Part shown: positions 18,855 through 28,469 of the stretch, one piece after another | How the letters are laid out: the number at the start of each line of letters is the position of its first letter | How positions within the stretch are numbered: position 1 is the stretch's first letter | Source of the DNA: Pedosphaera sp. | GTDB lineage: Bacteria; Verrucomicrobiota; Verrucomicrobiia; Limisphaerales; SIBH01 | NCBI GenBank assembly: GCA_031414955.1 | Contig: JANOQV010000184.1 | Location: forward strand, 32,001-96,000 | Length of the DNA stretch: 64,000 nt | Direction of reading: 5' to 3' | The notes under the pieces: model-generated | Databases searched by the model: none | The model's input: only the letters and a program-made list of their open reading frames with translations | Told to the model about the DNA's origin: nothing | Program-made: the position numbers and the translations under genes

Positions 18855-19451
18855 TCACTTCTTCGCGTCTTTCGCGTCCGCAGATTCCTTGGACTCCTTT
18901 GGCTCCTTCGGGATTTTGTCCAGCGGATCAATTCGAATGGATGCGTCCTGGACAAAAATTCGGAAGCCTTTCGCGTTGGGATACATTTCCTTCAAGACCT
19001 TGGGCTTGAGCGGGATATTTTTCCTCCGGACATCGGCGTTGCCGATTTCGTCCGTGACCTCATAGCCAGGCCGGAGATTGGCGACCACGAACAACTCGGT
19101 CACTCCTCGCCCCATCCATTTGGTCCAGTTCTCCTTCACCGCCGGATCCTTGAGCGACAGGACATAGCGCCGGGGTTGATCCACGCCGCCAAACTTGCGC
19201 GTGATCTTGTCAGTCGCGCTGGCCCGCTGCTTGTCCTCGGGATTCCAATACTTGGAAATCTTGTAGGCCTCCCAGAGCGGTTTGTCCGAAGCGGTCGCGC
19301 CGATCAGGTCCACTTCGACGGACTTCTTGGCCACGGCATCATCGCATTCAATGATCAAAAAGCACGGTTCTGCCTTGTCCTTACAACCCACCAGCAAGGT
19401 CGTCAGGGTGCCGAGCAGCATTAAAACGGGGAGCAAAATCCGAATCTTCAT
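18855..19451 (-). CDS. Lipoprotein, hypothetical
   Basis: Lipobox LVGC after a hydrophobic core; SVEVDLIG, YWNP and ELFVVANL segments. Confidence 0.85.
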   Translation of the reverse strand: MKIRILLPVLMLLGTLTTLLVGCKDKAEPCFLIIECDDAVAKKSVEVDLIGATASDKPLWEAYKISKYWNPEDKQRASATDKITRKFGGVDQPRRYVLSLKDPAVKENWTKWMGRGVTELFVVANLRPGYEVTDEIGNADVRRKNIPLKPKVLKEMYPNAKGFRIFVQDASIRIDPLDKIPKEPKESKESADAKDAKK

Positions 19452-19786
19452 AGAGTGTAGTCGTTAATTGGAAGCGCGTGTTTTATCGGCTGGTTTGTCG
19501 CAAATGCCCATTTCAGCGTCAATCGGTAAATGGGGTGCGACGGGATGTCGCGGTCACAGGCATCTCAGATTTGTAATCGCCGGATCGCACGCCACCGAGC
19601 CTCCGGAGTTACAGCATGGCTGGCGGAGTGAGCCGGTTACGAATGACTATCCGCGATTCAGCGAAGGGCTGCCGCACGCTCCACCCAGGGAGTTGATCGC
19701 CAGTTCTAGTAGCACCCGTGGCAAGCAACCCGGAGGGTCTCGATTCGTCGGTGCTGATTCCCTGATCGCCGCCCCCCCCCGAATCA

Positions 19787-20047
19787 TTAACGAACGAGGC
19801 CGGCCGTCAGCAGCACACGGGCAATTCTCCGGAGCTGTTCCTTGGCCGGATAGTCTGGATTGGCGATCAGCGCCCGGCCTCGCACGACGGCGGATAGCCG
19901 CACGTCCGGCGCGGCGGCCAGGTCCGCATCGTAGGAATGGTGCCGCTCAAAGGGTGCCCAGGCCGAGCCTGATGGGAGGCGAGTCGGACGGCGGGCGTGG
20001 AGATTTACCTCGCGCGCCGCAGTGGAATTGGTCGGTTCGTTTTTCAT
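19787..20047 (-). CDS. Small protein with a FlgM-like C-terminal motif
   Basis: PDVRLSAVVRGRALIANPDYP resembles the FlgM C-terminal pattern (pattern recognition only). Confidence 0.55.
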   Translation of the reverse strand: MKNEPTNSTAAREVNLHARRPTRLPSGSAWAPFERHHSYDADLAAAPDVRLSAVVRGRALIANPDYPAKEQLRRIARVLLTAGLVR

Positions 20048-20349
20048 AAACATGCTCACTTCTGACTCAACTATCGACACATGTGTCCAGAAGTTGAGCA
20101 GTTTTCTGAAGTTCCTTCGAGATGTAGGCGGCGTGGATTGTCGCACGGCACGCATCCAGCCTGCGATCTATGGGCGGCCTGGAAGAGTCCCCACCAAGTA
20201 TGAGCACCTCGAACATTCGGTGGGCCGCGCCCACGGGATATCGCTCGCCTCCGCCCGAAGAACTCGATCAGTCCAAGTTTCATTGGCTTTCGCGCGTCCC
20301 GGCCGAAGCGTCGTTGCGCCGCTCGGATGGTTCGTCTAGCCTGCCGCCC

Positions 20350-21114
20350 ATGTCGCTGCTTCGATGGATCGTGCCACTGTTCTGCGTGTTGATCGCAGGC
20401 TGCCGGCTGGGTTCGCAGACGCGCAGCGACGAGCAGAAGGATCCTTATTTTCTCGCCGGCAAAAACCGGCTTCAAGAACGGGATTACCAGGGGGCCATCG
20501 ATATGTTCGAGAAAGCGTTGGATGTAAATCCACGTTCGGCCTCGGCGCACTTCGAGCTAGGTGTGCTCTACGAACAGCAGCAGAGCGATTACGCCGCCGC
20601 GCTTTATCACTACCAGCGTTGCGTCACCCTCAACTCGAACCTGCCCTCGGCTGATCTCGCGCGCCAGCGTACTCAGGAGTGCAAACGCGAACTGGCCAAG
20701 ACCGTCATGCAGCCGATCTCGATGGAGGGATTGCAGCGCGAACTGGACGGCACGCGGGCCGAGAACCAGCAACTCAAGCAGCAACTACAGGCCTGGCAGA
20801 ATTATTACGCGGGCCGGGGCGTTTCCATTTCGAACATCCTGCGGCCCACCACCACTTCCACGGCACGACTTGCCCAGGCCGCTCCCCAAGCCTCGAACGA
20901 GCCACCGGGCGAAAGCGGCCGGGGCACGAACCCTCAGCCGCGCCTGGCCCCACCGCCCATCACTACGCGCAGCCACACCGTCGCTCCGGGCGAGACGATG
21001 GCGACGATCGCGCGGACGTACCACATTCGCGTGACCTCGTTGCAGAACGCCAATCCCGGCACCGATGCGCGGAGGATGCGGCCGGGCCAGAAGCTGGTCA
21101 TCCCGCCACCCTGA
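20350..21114 (+). CDS. TPR and LysM lipoprotein
   Basis: Lipobox IAGC; TPR segment DYQGAIDMFEKALDVNPRSASAHFELG; coiled coil; LysM HTVAPGETM...RPGQKLVIP. Confidence 0.9.
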   Translation: MSLLRWIVPLFCVLIAGCRLGSQTRSDEQKDPYFLAGKNRLQERDYQGAIDMFEKALDVNPRSASAHFELGVLYEQQQSDYAAALYHYQRCVTLNSNLPSADLARQRTQECKRELAKTVMQPISMEGLQRELDGTRAENQQLKQQLQAWQNYYAGRGVSISNILRPTTTSTARLAQAAPQASNEPPGESGRGTNPQPRLAPPPITTRSHTVAPGETMATIARTYHIRVTSLQNANPGTDARRMRPGQKLVIPPP

Positions 21115-21121
21115 AGTCGCC

Positions 21122-21961
21122 ATGCTCAAACGAGTCTGGCTCGGGTTGGTCACCGTGTTCTGGGTCGCGATGAGCGTTCTGCTCTGGCGCTCCGAGTTCG
21201 GCTCGGGGCCACCGCCCGGAAGCACCGTGCCGCCGGAAATGGTCTGGAGAAAAATCCTCACTGCGCCGGATTATTCCCAACTCGTCATCCGTCACGGCAC
21301 GAACACCATCGGCTCTTGTCGCTGGCGGCCCGACGTCGGCCAGGAATTGGCCACCGGCGCGCGTATGGAGGAGGAGGATTCTGTGGAGGGGATGTTCCCA
21401 GACCTCTCGCACTACACGCTGGATCTCGACGGGTACGTAACGCTCCCGGAATTTCCCGTCCGCACCCGGTTCACATCGTTGTTGAAAATGAGCACGAACT
21501 TTTCCTGGCAACGATTCGATGGCCGTATCCTGATGCGGCCCGACAGTTATGAACTATCCGCCAGTGCTGCCGACCAGACGGTCAGTCTGCGCGTCGAAGC
21601 GGGAGGGGATCAGTTTAACCGGGTGTTCCGCTTCGCCGAAATTCAGAACTCGCAAAAGTTTCTGCTCGAACTGGGCGGCCCGATGCTGCCCCTGATGGCT
21701 GGCACGATGGGTTGGCCGCTTTCGACCAACCAACTCACGGCGGCGGCGCTGGGACTGCGCTGGGAGGCGCGGTACGATTCGCTGCTCATCGGGGGCAACC
21801 GTATCCGGGCCTATCGGCTGGGGACGAAGCTGCTCGGCCGCTACCACTTCGCGCTTTACGTCAGCCCGGTCGGTGAAATTTTGCGGGCTGAACTGCCGGG
21901 CGAGATCGTGATGTTGAATGAAGCATTGTCCGGTCTCAGCCAGGGGGGGAATCATGATTGA
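21122..21961 (+). CDS. Membrane-anchored hypothetical protein
   Basis: N-terminal TM helix; sits between the LysM gene and the ABC ATPase, overlapping the latter. Confidence 0.8.
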   Translation: MLKRVWLGLVTVFWVAMSVLLWRSEFGSGPPPGSTVPPEMVWRKILTAPDYSQLVIRHGTNTIGSCRWRPDVGQELATGARMEEEDSVEGMFPDLSHYTLDLDGYVTLPEFPVRTRFTSLLKMSTNFSWQRFDGRILMRPDSYELSASAADQTVSLRVEAGGDQFNRVFRFAEIQNSQKFLLELGGPMLPLMAGTMGWPLSTNQLTAAALGLRWEARYDSLLIGGNRIRAYRLGTKLLGRYHFALYVSPVGEILRAELPGEIVMLNEALSGLSQGGNHD

Positions 21962-22715
21962 ACTCATCCATCTCGTAAAACGGTTTGGCGACGTCCTGGC
22001 GGTCGATGACCTGAGCCTGACCGTGAACCGCGGCGAATTTTTCGTCGTCCTCGGGCCGAACGCGGCGGGCAAAACCACGACGATCAAGATCCTCACCGGC
22101 CTGCTCAAGCCCAGCTCGGGCACGGCGCGCGTGGCGGGCTTCGATGTGCAGGCCCATCCGCTGGAAGTGAAGCGGCGCATGGCTTACGTGCCGGATTTCC
22201 CCTTCCTCTACGAAAAACTCACGCCCTGGGAGTTCTTCCGCTTCACCGGCCAGTTGTTTCGCATGGACAGCACGCGCATCCAGTCGGCCGGACGGGAGCT
22301 GATCGGTCGCTTTGGGCTCGGTGAGTTCTGCCACAAGACCATCGAGGGGCTTTCACATGGCACGCGCCAACGCGTGGCCATTGTCTCCGCGCTCCTCCAC
22401 GACCCCGAGGTTTTTGTCATTGATGAGCCTATGGTGGGACTGGATCCGCATCATGCCCGCGTGGTAAAGGACGTCTTCAAGGAGCGATCAGAGCGCGGCA
22501 TGACGGTCTTCCTCTCCACCCATCAACTCAGCGTCGCCGAGGAACTGGCCCATCGCGTGGGCATCATCCACCAGGGGCGGCTCGTCGCAGTGGGGACAGC
22601 GGCGGAATTGCGGAAGCAGAGCGGGGCGGAGGGGCCTTTGGAGGCGGCGTTCCTCGCGCTCACGGCGACGGAGGCGGGAGCAAATTCCAAATCCCAAATC
22701 CCAAATTCCAAATAA
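21954..22715 (+). CDS. ABC transporter ATP-binding protein
   Basis: Walker A GPNAAGKTT, signature LSHGTRQR, Walker B FVIDEP, H-loop STH. Confidence 0.93.
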   Translation: MIELIHLVKRFGDVLAVDDLSLTVNRGEFFVVLGPNAAGKTTTIKILTGLLKPSSGTARVAGFDVQAHPLEVKRRMAYVPDFPFLYEKLTPWEFFRFTGQLFRMDSTRIQSAGRELIGRFGLGEFCHKTIEGLSHGTRQRVAIVSALLHDPEVFVIDEPMVGLDPHHARVVKDVFKERSERGMTVFLSTHQLSVAEELAHRVGIIHQGRLVAVGTAAELRKQSGAEGPLEAAFLALTATEAGANSKSQIPNSK

Positions 22716-22800
22716 GCTCCAACCTCTCAAATTCCAATGGCGCCTCTGTCGCTTATTTTGGGTCTTTGGGGTTTTGGAATTTGGAATTTGGAGTTTATTT
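22681..22800. repeat. Heptamer-based inverted repeat (caaattc/caaatcc)n
   Basis: caaattccaaatcccaaatcccaaattccaaataagctcc at the left; ttggaatttggaatttggagtttattt at the right. Confidence 0.85.
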
Positions 22801-23295
22801 CCGCACCGGCATCAACCCCACATGCACCACCAGCCAGGTCGGAACGGCGAAGATCAAGATTGTCGCCAGCAAATCCCAGGTCCACCGCATCGCGCCGGCC
22901 TGCATCGGATACATGGTGATCAGGAAGTAGGCGGCGAATCTCGTGTGACCGAGGAACTTGCCGTGCTTGGGGAATTTCTTGAGCAGGCCCGAGCAGAGCG
23001 CCACCAACCCGACCGCCAGCACGAGCAGGGTCACCACCATGTTCACCGCCAGCAGCGCATCCACCGTGAGGTCGGGGACCGAACCGGATCGCTTGCGCTG
23101 GTACTGCCACAGCCATTGCGCCGCCGCCCAAACGAACGTGAAGCCGGTTTGCAGCGCCGTGCGATGCGACGCCTTCGAAGAAGTCAGTTCATTCAGCAGC
23201 CATCCGAAGTAGAGCGGCACGATGCCCCAGACCAGTTCGGTGTGGAGGAAGGGTTCCTTGATGATCTGCGCGAAGTTTTGCCAATAGAGAGACAT
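22795..23295 (-). CDS. Multi-pass membrane protein, hypothetical
   Basis: About five hydrophobic segments; ATG at 23295. Confidence 0.75.
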   Translation of the reverse strand: MSLYWQNFAQIIKEPFLHTELVWGIVPLYFGWLLNELTSSKASHRTALQTGFTFVWAAAQWLWQYQRKRSGSVPDLTVDALLAVNMVVTLLVLAVGLVALCSGLLKKFPKHGKFLGHTRFAAYFLITMYPMQAGAMRWTWDLLATILIFAVPTWLVVHVGLMPVRK

Positions 23296-23304
23296 TGCTG
23301 GAAT

Positions 23305-23450
23305 GAAACACCAAATCCCAAACCCCAACCCTCAAACTTGCAACGGCCAGCGGACTGATCGGGGCGACGTCCTCGCCCGGTTGGAGAGCGGTTTTGGAGT
23401 TTGATGTATGGAGCTTATTTGGAGTTTGGAGTTTGGGTTTTGGTGTTTTT
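23305..23450. repeat. Heptamer-based inverted repeat, same family as 22681-22800 in opposite orientation
   Basis: Reverse complement reads aaaacaccaaaacccaaactccaaactccaaataagctcc. Confidence 0.85.
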
Positions 23451-24314
23451 CCCAAGCAAGTGCTGATCAAACCACAACGCGAACACTTCCATATCCTTGT
23501 CCATGCCAGCCCAGCCGTGATCCTGCCCCGGCTTGACGTTGATCTGGATCTTGCCCCCGACCTCCTTCACTCGCTGCTCGAAAATCTGCGCCTGGTAAAT
23601 CGGCACCAGCTTGTCCGCATCGCCGTGCGTGATGAGGATGGGCGGCAGGTTGGAATGCACAAAATGGATCGGGGAAATCTCCCTGCTCAATTTCTGGCGC
23701 CCCTCGGCCGTATCCGAGCGCGGGCCGAAGGCGGGCTTGAACTGGGCCAGGGTGCCGACGCCCACGCCGTCATCACCCGGCGCGCCCCAGTTGGCGAAAT
23801 CAGTTGGCGGGAAAAAACACGCCACCGCCGCCACCGCGCTGCTGGCGCGGTCCACCGGGTCTTTGGCCCCGGCCCGGCCCGGCCCGCCGCGCGTGCCGAG
23901 CGTGAGCGAGAGATGGCCGCCGGCGCTGCCGCCGGTCACGCCGAGTTTGTCCGGGTCCACGCCCCACTTGGCGGCGTTGAGGTGAATGAAGCGCGAGGCG
24001 CGCTGCACATCCTCGATGATCTCCGGAATGATGAAGCGCGGCTGCGAGCCATGCACAACCGCGAAGACGGTATAGCCGTGCTCAAGGAGCGGCTTGTAGT
24101 AGGCCGGATTAATCGCTTCATGGCTGGAGAAGAACCCGCCGCTGACCATGAAGATGATGCCGGCACCGTTCGGCGCGTTGGGCTGGATGACGTCCAGCGT
24201 CAGCGCGGTGCCGAATTTGCGGCCGTAAACGACGTCCTCGGTACGCTTGAAATCCGCCGCGCCCGCCAGCGAGGCGAGCAACAGCAAAACGATGGGAAGC
24301 AACCTATTCTTCAT
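23415..24314 (-). CDS. Secreted alpha/beta hydrolase (esterase/lipase)
   Basis: Signal peptide; [20 protein letters not shown] and QDHG motifs. Confidence 0.9.
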   Translation of the reverse strand: MKNRLLPIVLLLLASLAGAADFKRTEDVVYGRKFGTALTLDVIQPNAPNGAGIIFMVSGGFFSSHEAINPAYYKPLLEHGYTVFAVVHGSQPRFIIPEIIEDVQRASRFIHLNAAKWGVDPDKLGVTGGSAGGHLSLTLGTRGGPGRAGAKDPVDRASSAVAAVACFFPPTDFANWGAPGDDGVGVGTLAQFKPAFGPRSDTAEGRQKLSREISPIHFVHSNLPPILITHGDADKLVPIYQAQIFEQRVKEVGGKIQINVKPGQDHGWAGMDKDMEVFALWFDQHLLGKNTKTQTPNSK

Positions 24315-24405
24315 GGGCGCGAGACTAGCAATCCACCCTGCCCTGCCCAGCGGAAAAGCGGATTCGGTATTGAGCGCCCGCCCCGATTTCGGCAGCTTCT
24401 CCGAT

Positions 24406-24777
24406 ATGGATGAACTGCGCCAATCCGTCGAGTCGCTTGGGATCGAGAGAGTGTCGCGGCACATTTTTTTGTGCGCGGACCAGTCCGAGGCGCAGTGCTG
24501 CACCATGGAAGCAGGCTTTGCGTCCTGGGAATATCTGAAGAAACGGCTTAAGGAACTTGGCCTCGCGGGTGGCCCGGAGGCGAAAGTGTTTCGAACGAAA
24601 GCCAATTGCCTGCGGGTCTGCGCGCGCGGTCCCATTGCGGTCGTCTATCCCGAGGGTGTCTGGTACCACTCCTGTTCACCGGCGGTCTTGGAGCAAATCA
24701 TCCAGGAGCACTTGATCGGCGGACGCGTGGTGGAAGCATTCGCCTTCGCGCGCAACGCGCTTACACCGCCGACGTAA
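24406..24777 (+). CDS. Thioredoxin-like [2Fe-2S] ferredoxin
   Basis: HIFLC...[24 protein letters not shown] and EHLIGG. Confidence 0.9.
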   Translation: MDELRQSVESLGIERVSRHIFLCADQSEAQCCTMEAGFASWEYLKKRLKELGLAGGPEAKVFRTKANCLRVCARGPIAVVYPEGVWYHSCSPAVLEQIIQEHLIGGRVVEAFAFARNALTPPT

Positions 24778-25369
24778 GGGTCGGCCCGGCCGGTTTGCGG
24801 CCGAACCATTTCACCAACCGCTTGCCCACGAACCAGATGACCAGCCCACACCCGGCGAGAATGGCCAGCGCCAGCACCAGCGCGACAATGGGCCAGACCA
24901 CGGCCAGCACGGAGAGGACAGTCGAAGAAACATTTTCCACTGTGGCGAGCACCGGATTGGCCAGGCCGCCGGTGGTGAGCGACGAAGCCAGCCGCGCCTT
25001 GGTCGTCGTGATCTGCGTCGTAGCTGCGATGCCGCCGCCCGCGATCACCGCCAGCGTCCAGCGCCAGAAAGGCTCGATGTCGGTCAGGACCGAAGCCATG
25101 ACCAGCACGCCCGCGACCGTGGCCAGCGGGGCCGCGATGGAATCGAGCGTGTTATCGACCCACGGAATGTAGTAGGCCGCGATCTCTGCTGCGGTGGCGA
25201 TAGAGAATGCGACGACCGCAGTGGTACTGCCGGCCCAGGCGAAAGCCGGTGTCAGCGGCAACACACCGAGTTTGGCCGCGATGCTCAAACAAAGCAGCGG
25301 CACAAAGACCCGGAATCCGCACGCGGCGCTCAGGCCGATGCCTACGCAGATGCTTAGGAAGATTTCCAT
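24761..25369 (-). CDS. DUF4126-type membrane protein
   Basis: [28 protein letters not shown] and TGGLANPV. Confidence 0.85.
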   Translation of the reverse strand: MEIFLSICVGIGLSAACGFRVFVPLLCLSIAAKLGVLPLTPAFAWAGSTTAVVAFSIATAAEIAAYYIPWVDNTLDSIAAPLATVAGVLVMASVLTDIEPFWRWTLAVIAGGGIAATTQITTTKARLASSLTTGGLANPVLATVENVSSTVLSVLAVVWPIVALVLALAILAGCGLVIWFVGKRLVKWFGRKPAGPTLTSAV

Positions 25370-25652
25370 GACGGCAGGATGACGGGACGGCAGCGGGAGG
25401 CGAGAGGAATTTCCAAGGGCAGATTCCAGCGGGCGTCCGACCAGGCTTCGCCGCGAGTCCCATCCGGAAACTACCTTTGTCCATCCGTGCCTGCGCTGCG
25501 CGTGACGGACGGGCGGGAGGCGAAACATCAAAAACACCGCGCTGCGGCCTCTCAAGTTTGCTGCCTCGTCCGAGTCGCGCCCGCTGCGCCCCCGGCCTCG
25601 AGTCAGTCATTGCCAAACCGCACGCGCGGTTCTAAAACGTGCCCACACCATT

Positions 25653-26609
25653 ATGAAACGCCTGACCCAGATTCTGCTGACGTTCACCATCGCCACCTCC
25701 ATCGCCGCCGCCGCCGAGTTGAAATACTCGGTCGTGCCGAACTTCTTCGACGCCAAGCCGGGCGACCAGCCCATCGGCGCGTGCCACGGCGGACTGGCCC
25801 TCGACCAGAAGGGCAACCTCTACGTCACCACCGACACCAAGCGCGGCATTCTAGTCTTCACGGCGGCGGGCAAGTTCGTGCGCAATTTCGGGCCGTCGCA
25901 CATTCACGGGTTGGAATTGCGCACGGAGAACGGCGTGGAGTTCATCTACGGCGCGCGGCCTGCCCAGCATGAAGTGGTGAAGCTGGCCCTGGATGGCGAG
26001 CCGGTCTGGACCATCACCGCGCCGACGAACGCGGGCATCTACAAGGACGGCAAGGGCTTCAATCCCTGCGCCGTCACCGTCGGGCCGGACGGCGCGATCT
26101 TCGTCGCCGACGGTTACGGCGCGAACTACGTGCTCAAGTTCGACCGGGAGCGGAAGTTTGTGAAAGCCTTTGGCGGCAAGGGCGCGGAGGAAGGCAAGTT
26201 CAACACCTGCCACGGCATCGCCCTCGACGCGCGCGGCGCGAAACCGCTGCTGCTCGTGTGCAACCGCAACAACAACCGGGTGGAACATTGGGACCTCGAG
26301 GGCAACTTCGTGAAAGTGATCCAGAAGGATCTGCGCATGCCCGCCGCCGTCCACATTCAGGGCGAGTATGCCGTGTTCCCCGAGCTGCAAGGCCGCGTGA
26401 CCGTATTGAACAAGGACGGCAGCATCGCCGCGCAGGTCGGCAACAATCCCGACGCCAAGCAGCGGGCCAACTACGGCCTGCCCGCCGACCAGTGGCAGGA
26501 CGGCATCTGCAATTCACCGCATGGTGCCTCGATGGACAAGGACGGCAACTTGCTCGTCGCGGAGTGGAGCGCCTTCGGCCACCTGCACAAGTTTGCTCGA
26601 GCGAAATAG
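25653..26609 (+). CDS. Secreted NHL-repeat beta-propeller protein
   Basis: Signal peptide; IFVADGYG, FNTCHGIALD and NSPHG. Confidence 0.88.
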   Translation: MKRLTQILLTFTIATSIAAAAELKYSVVPNFFDAKPGDQPIGACHGGLALDQKGNLYVTTDTKRGILVFTAAGKFVRNFGPSHIHGLELRTENGVEFIYGARPAQHEVVKLALDGEPVWTITAPTNAGIYKDGKGFNPCAVTVGPDGAIFVADGYGANYVLKFDRERKFVKAFGGKGAEEGKFNTCHGIALDARGAKPLLLVCNRNNNRVEHWDLEGNFVKVIQKDLRMPAAVHIQGEYAVFPELQGRVTVLNKDGSIAAQVGNNPDAKQRANYGLPADQWQDGICNSPHGASMDKDGNLLVAEWSAFGHLHKFARAK

Positions 26610-26690
26610 GCCGGGGGAGTCAATCTATCCTCTGCGCGGCCTGTGGCTGGCGTGGGCGCGAGTGCAACCAGCACCCATCCCGCCTCTGTT

Positions 26691-26773
26691 TTCCTGCCAG
26701 AAAATCTTTCAGCCGTAACTCTAACCCCGCACCGGGCACCCGGGTTTAAGGCGGAATGATTTTCTGGCAGGAA
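26691..26773. repeat. 24-bp inverted repeat between convergent genes
   Basis: ttcctgccagaaaatctttcagcc pairs with ggcggaatgattttctggcaggaa (2 mismatches). Confidence 0.85.
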
Positions 26774-26809
26774 GAAGGGAGGAGAGTGAAGGGCAGGCCC
26801 TTCGTCGGC

Positions 26810-27691
26810 TCATTCGCTGCGCGCGAAGGGATTCGGCTCCGGGCCGGAGTCGCGAGGCTTGGCCGCCGGTTTGGAAAACGGATTGCCCTTTGGTTTCCCC
26901 CGAAAAATCCTGGGCAGAAAAAATGGACTGGTGAAGACAAAAACCAAGCCAGCCGCGAGATGAAGCACGTAGAGTAATCCGAAGCGGAAAAGGTCTATCG
27001 CGCCGAAGCCGTAGAGGAACAAGCCGCCGGCCACCAGCAGCGCGCCCGGCAGCAAACCGGCCGCGCTCATCCGCCACGCGCCGCGCCAGGTCGCGTGCCG
27101 GTCAGCGAAGAAAATCACGATCTTCACGAAAGGCAGATAGAGCAGCGACAGCGCCCACCATGAGATAAAAACGGCCAGCCCCACGGCCAGCCCCACGGCG
27201 AGAATGATGGGGCGTTGCCACGCGCCCCACGCCGGCTCCACCGCGGCACGATCCAGGGTGATGACGAAGCCGCCGGGATACGGCAGCCACCGGCAGCCGA
27301 GGGCACCACAGAGCGCCACACGATTCGTCTCAAAGACGATCTCAAGGTCGGAGGAGGTCGCGGCGGGCCGTGAACTTTCCTGATCCACGTCGATTGCGAG
27401 ATGCGCGTTTCCGGCGAGGCGGCGGGGCGATTCCCCAGGATAGTTCAGCGCGGCATGGCGAATGGATGCGGTGGCTGGGAGTTGCTGGGCTGCGGCCGTG
27501 AGGACGGGAAACCACGCCACGCGCAGGAACCAGATCAGCGCCAGGACCACCAGCACCGCGAGAACAGTCTGTACGATGACCAGCCGGGTAAGCGTGGCGA
27601 ACGCAAACGCGGCCACGCCCCGGGGCGTGAAAGGCTGCCAGGCGTGGCGTGGCGTGAGCGGCTTGTCGGTCTTTGGTTGCGGCGGATTCAT
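26810..27691 (-). CDS. Membrane protein, hypothetical
   Basis: AWQPFTPRGVAAFA, followed by several TM segments. Confidence 0.75.
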   Translation of the reverse strand: MNPPQPKTDKPLTPRHAWQPFTPRGVAAFAFATLTRLVIVQTVLAVLVVLALIWFLRVAWFPVLTAAAQQLPATASIRHAALNYPGESPRRLAGNAHLAIDVDQESSRPAATSSDLEIVFETNRVALCGALGCRWLPYPGGFVITLDRAAVEPAWGAWQRPIILAVGLAVGLAVFISWWALSLLYLPFVKIVIFFADRHATWRGAWRMSAAGLLPGALLVAGGLFLYGFGAIDLFRFGLLYVLHLAAGLVFVFTSPFFLPRIFRGKPKGNPFSKPAAKPRDSGPEPNPFARSE

Positions 27692-27843
27692 GTACCCGGA
27701 GCGGCCTCGCGACCGGGCACCGGCAGTTTGATCCAACTCCGGGCACTTTGCCAAGCCGTTGCTCATGACCGTGGGCCATAAATCCTTCCTGGGCTTCCCT
27801 GCGGACGGCACGAGCGGCCCGCAGTTCGCTCTTCAGGGTTGCG

Positions 27844-28353
27844 TCACCGCAAAAAGTCGCGCTCCAGCGCGCCGGCCAGATCCGCCACGGCCAGCAATAA
27901 TGCCCCGCGCAGATCCACGAGACGCTCCTCGGCTGACAGATCGATCGGCTGGCGCAGCATGCGCTGGTAGCGCCGACTCAACGGCACGCTATCATCCGCG
28001 TCGCCCAGTTCGCGCAGGATGCGGCGCACACGCCCGGCGAAACGCAGCGCCCGGCGAATGCTTTTGAGCGCCTGCGCCTCGGTGATCTCGCCGGCCTGCG
28101 CCCGTTGCAACAGCCCACACTCGAAGGTGCGGCAGCGCACCGGCCGGTCGACGTAGATGCGGCAGAGCTTTCCGTCGAGGCAGGAGCACGGCTGCGCGAA
28201 GCGGGTAAACGCGCCACGCAGCTTGAGCGGCACACCCAGCGCCGCCAGTTTGCGCGCGCTGTCTCCGCGCTGGAGCCGCACGTCGGCGAAGAGCACGCCA
28301 TTGCAGCACAACGCACAGGTGGGGCACAGGGTCTGAACGCAATCATCCGGCAT
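27844..28353 (-). CDS. YkgJ-type cysteine-cluster (CxxCxxCC) protein
   Basis: LCPTCALCCNG and CRIYVDRPVRCRTFEC. Confidence 0.88.
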   Translation of the reverse strand: MPDDCVQTLCPTCALCCNGVLFADVRLQRGDSARKLAALGVPLKLRGAFTRFAQPCSCLDGKLCRIYVDRPVRCRTFECGLLQRAQAGEITEAQALKSIRRALRFAGRVRRILRELGDADDSVPLSRRYQRMLRQPIDLSAEERLVDLRGALLLAVADLAGALERDFLR

Positions 28354-28469
28354 GTGGCGCGAGAAGTTCCACAGGCGGCGCGGGCCGGCAAGGAGAAACT
28401 CCAAGGAAGGTGCCCGGGCCGCCCATTTTGGTGTTTGGTCTTTGTTGCCGGATGCTTATTCTCCCCCAC

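Noticed and set aside
19452..19786. Intergenic stretch as a riboswitch or ncRNA
   Set aside because: I recognised no conserved motif; an Rfam search would be needed.
25380..25523. Imperfect ~22-bp direct repeat tgacgg...gcgggaggcga
   Set aside because: Only two degenerate GC-rich copies; not distinguishable from chance without statistics.
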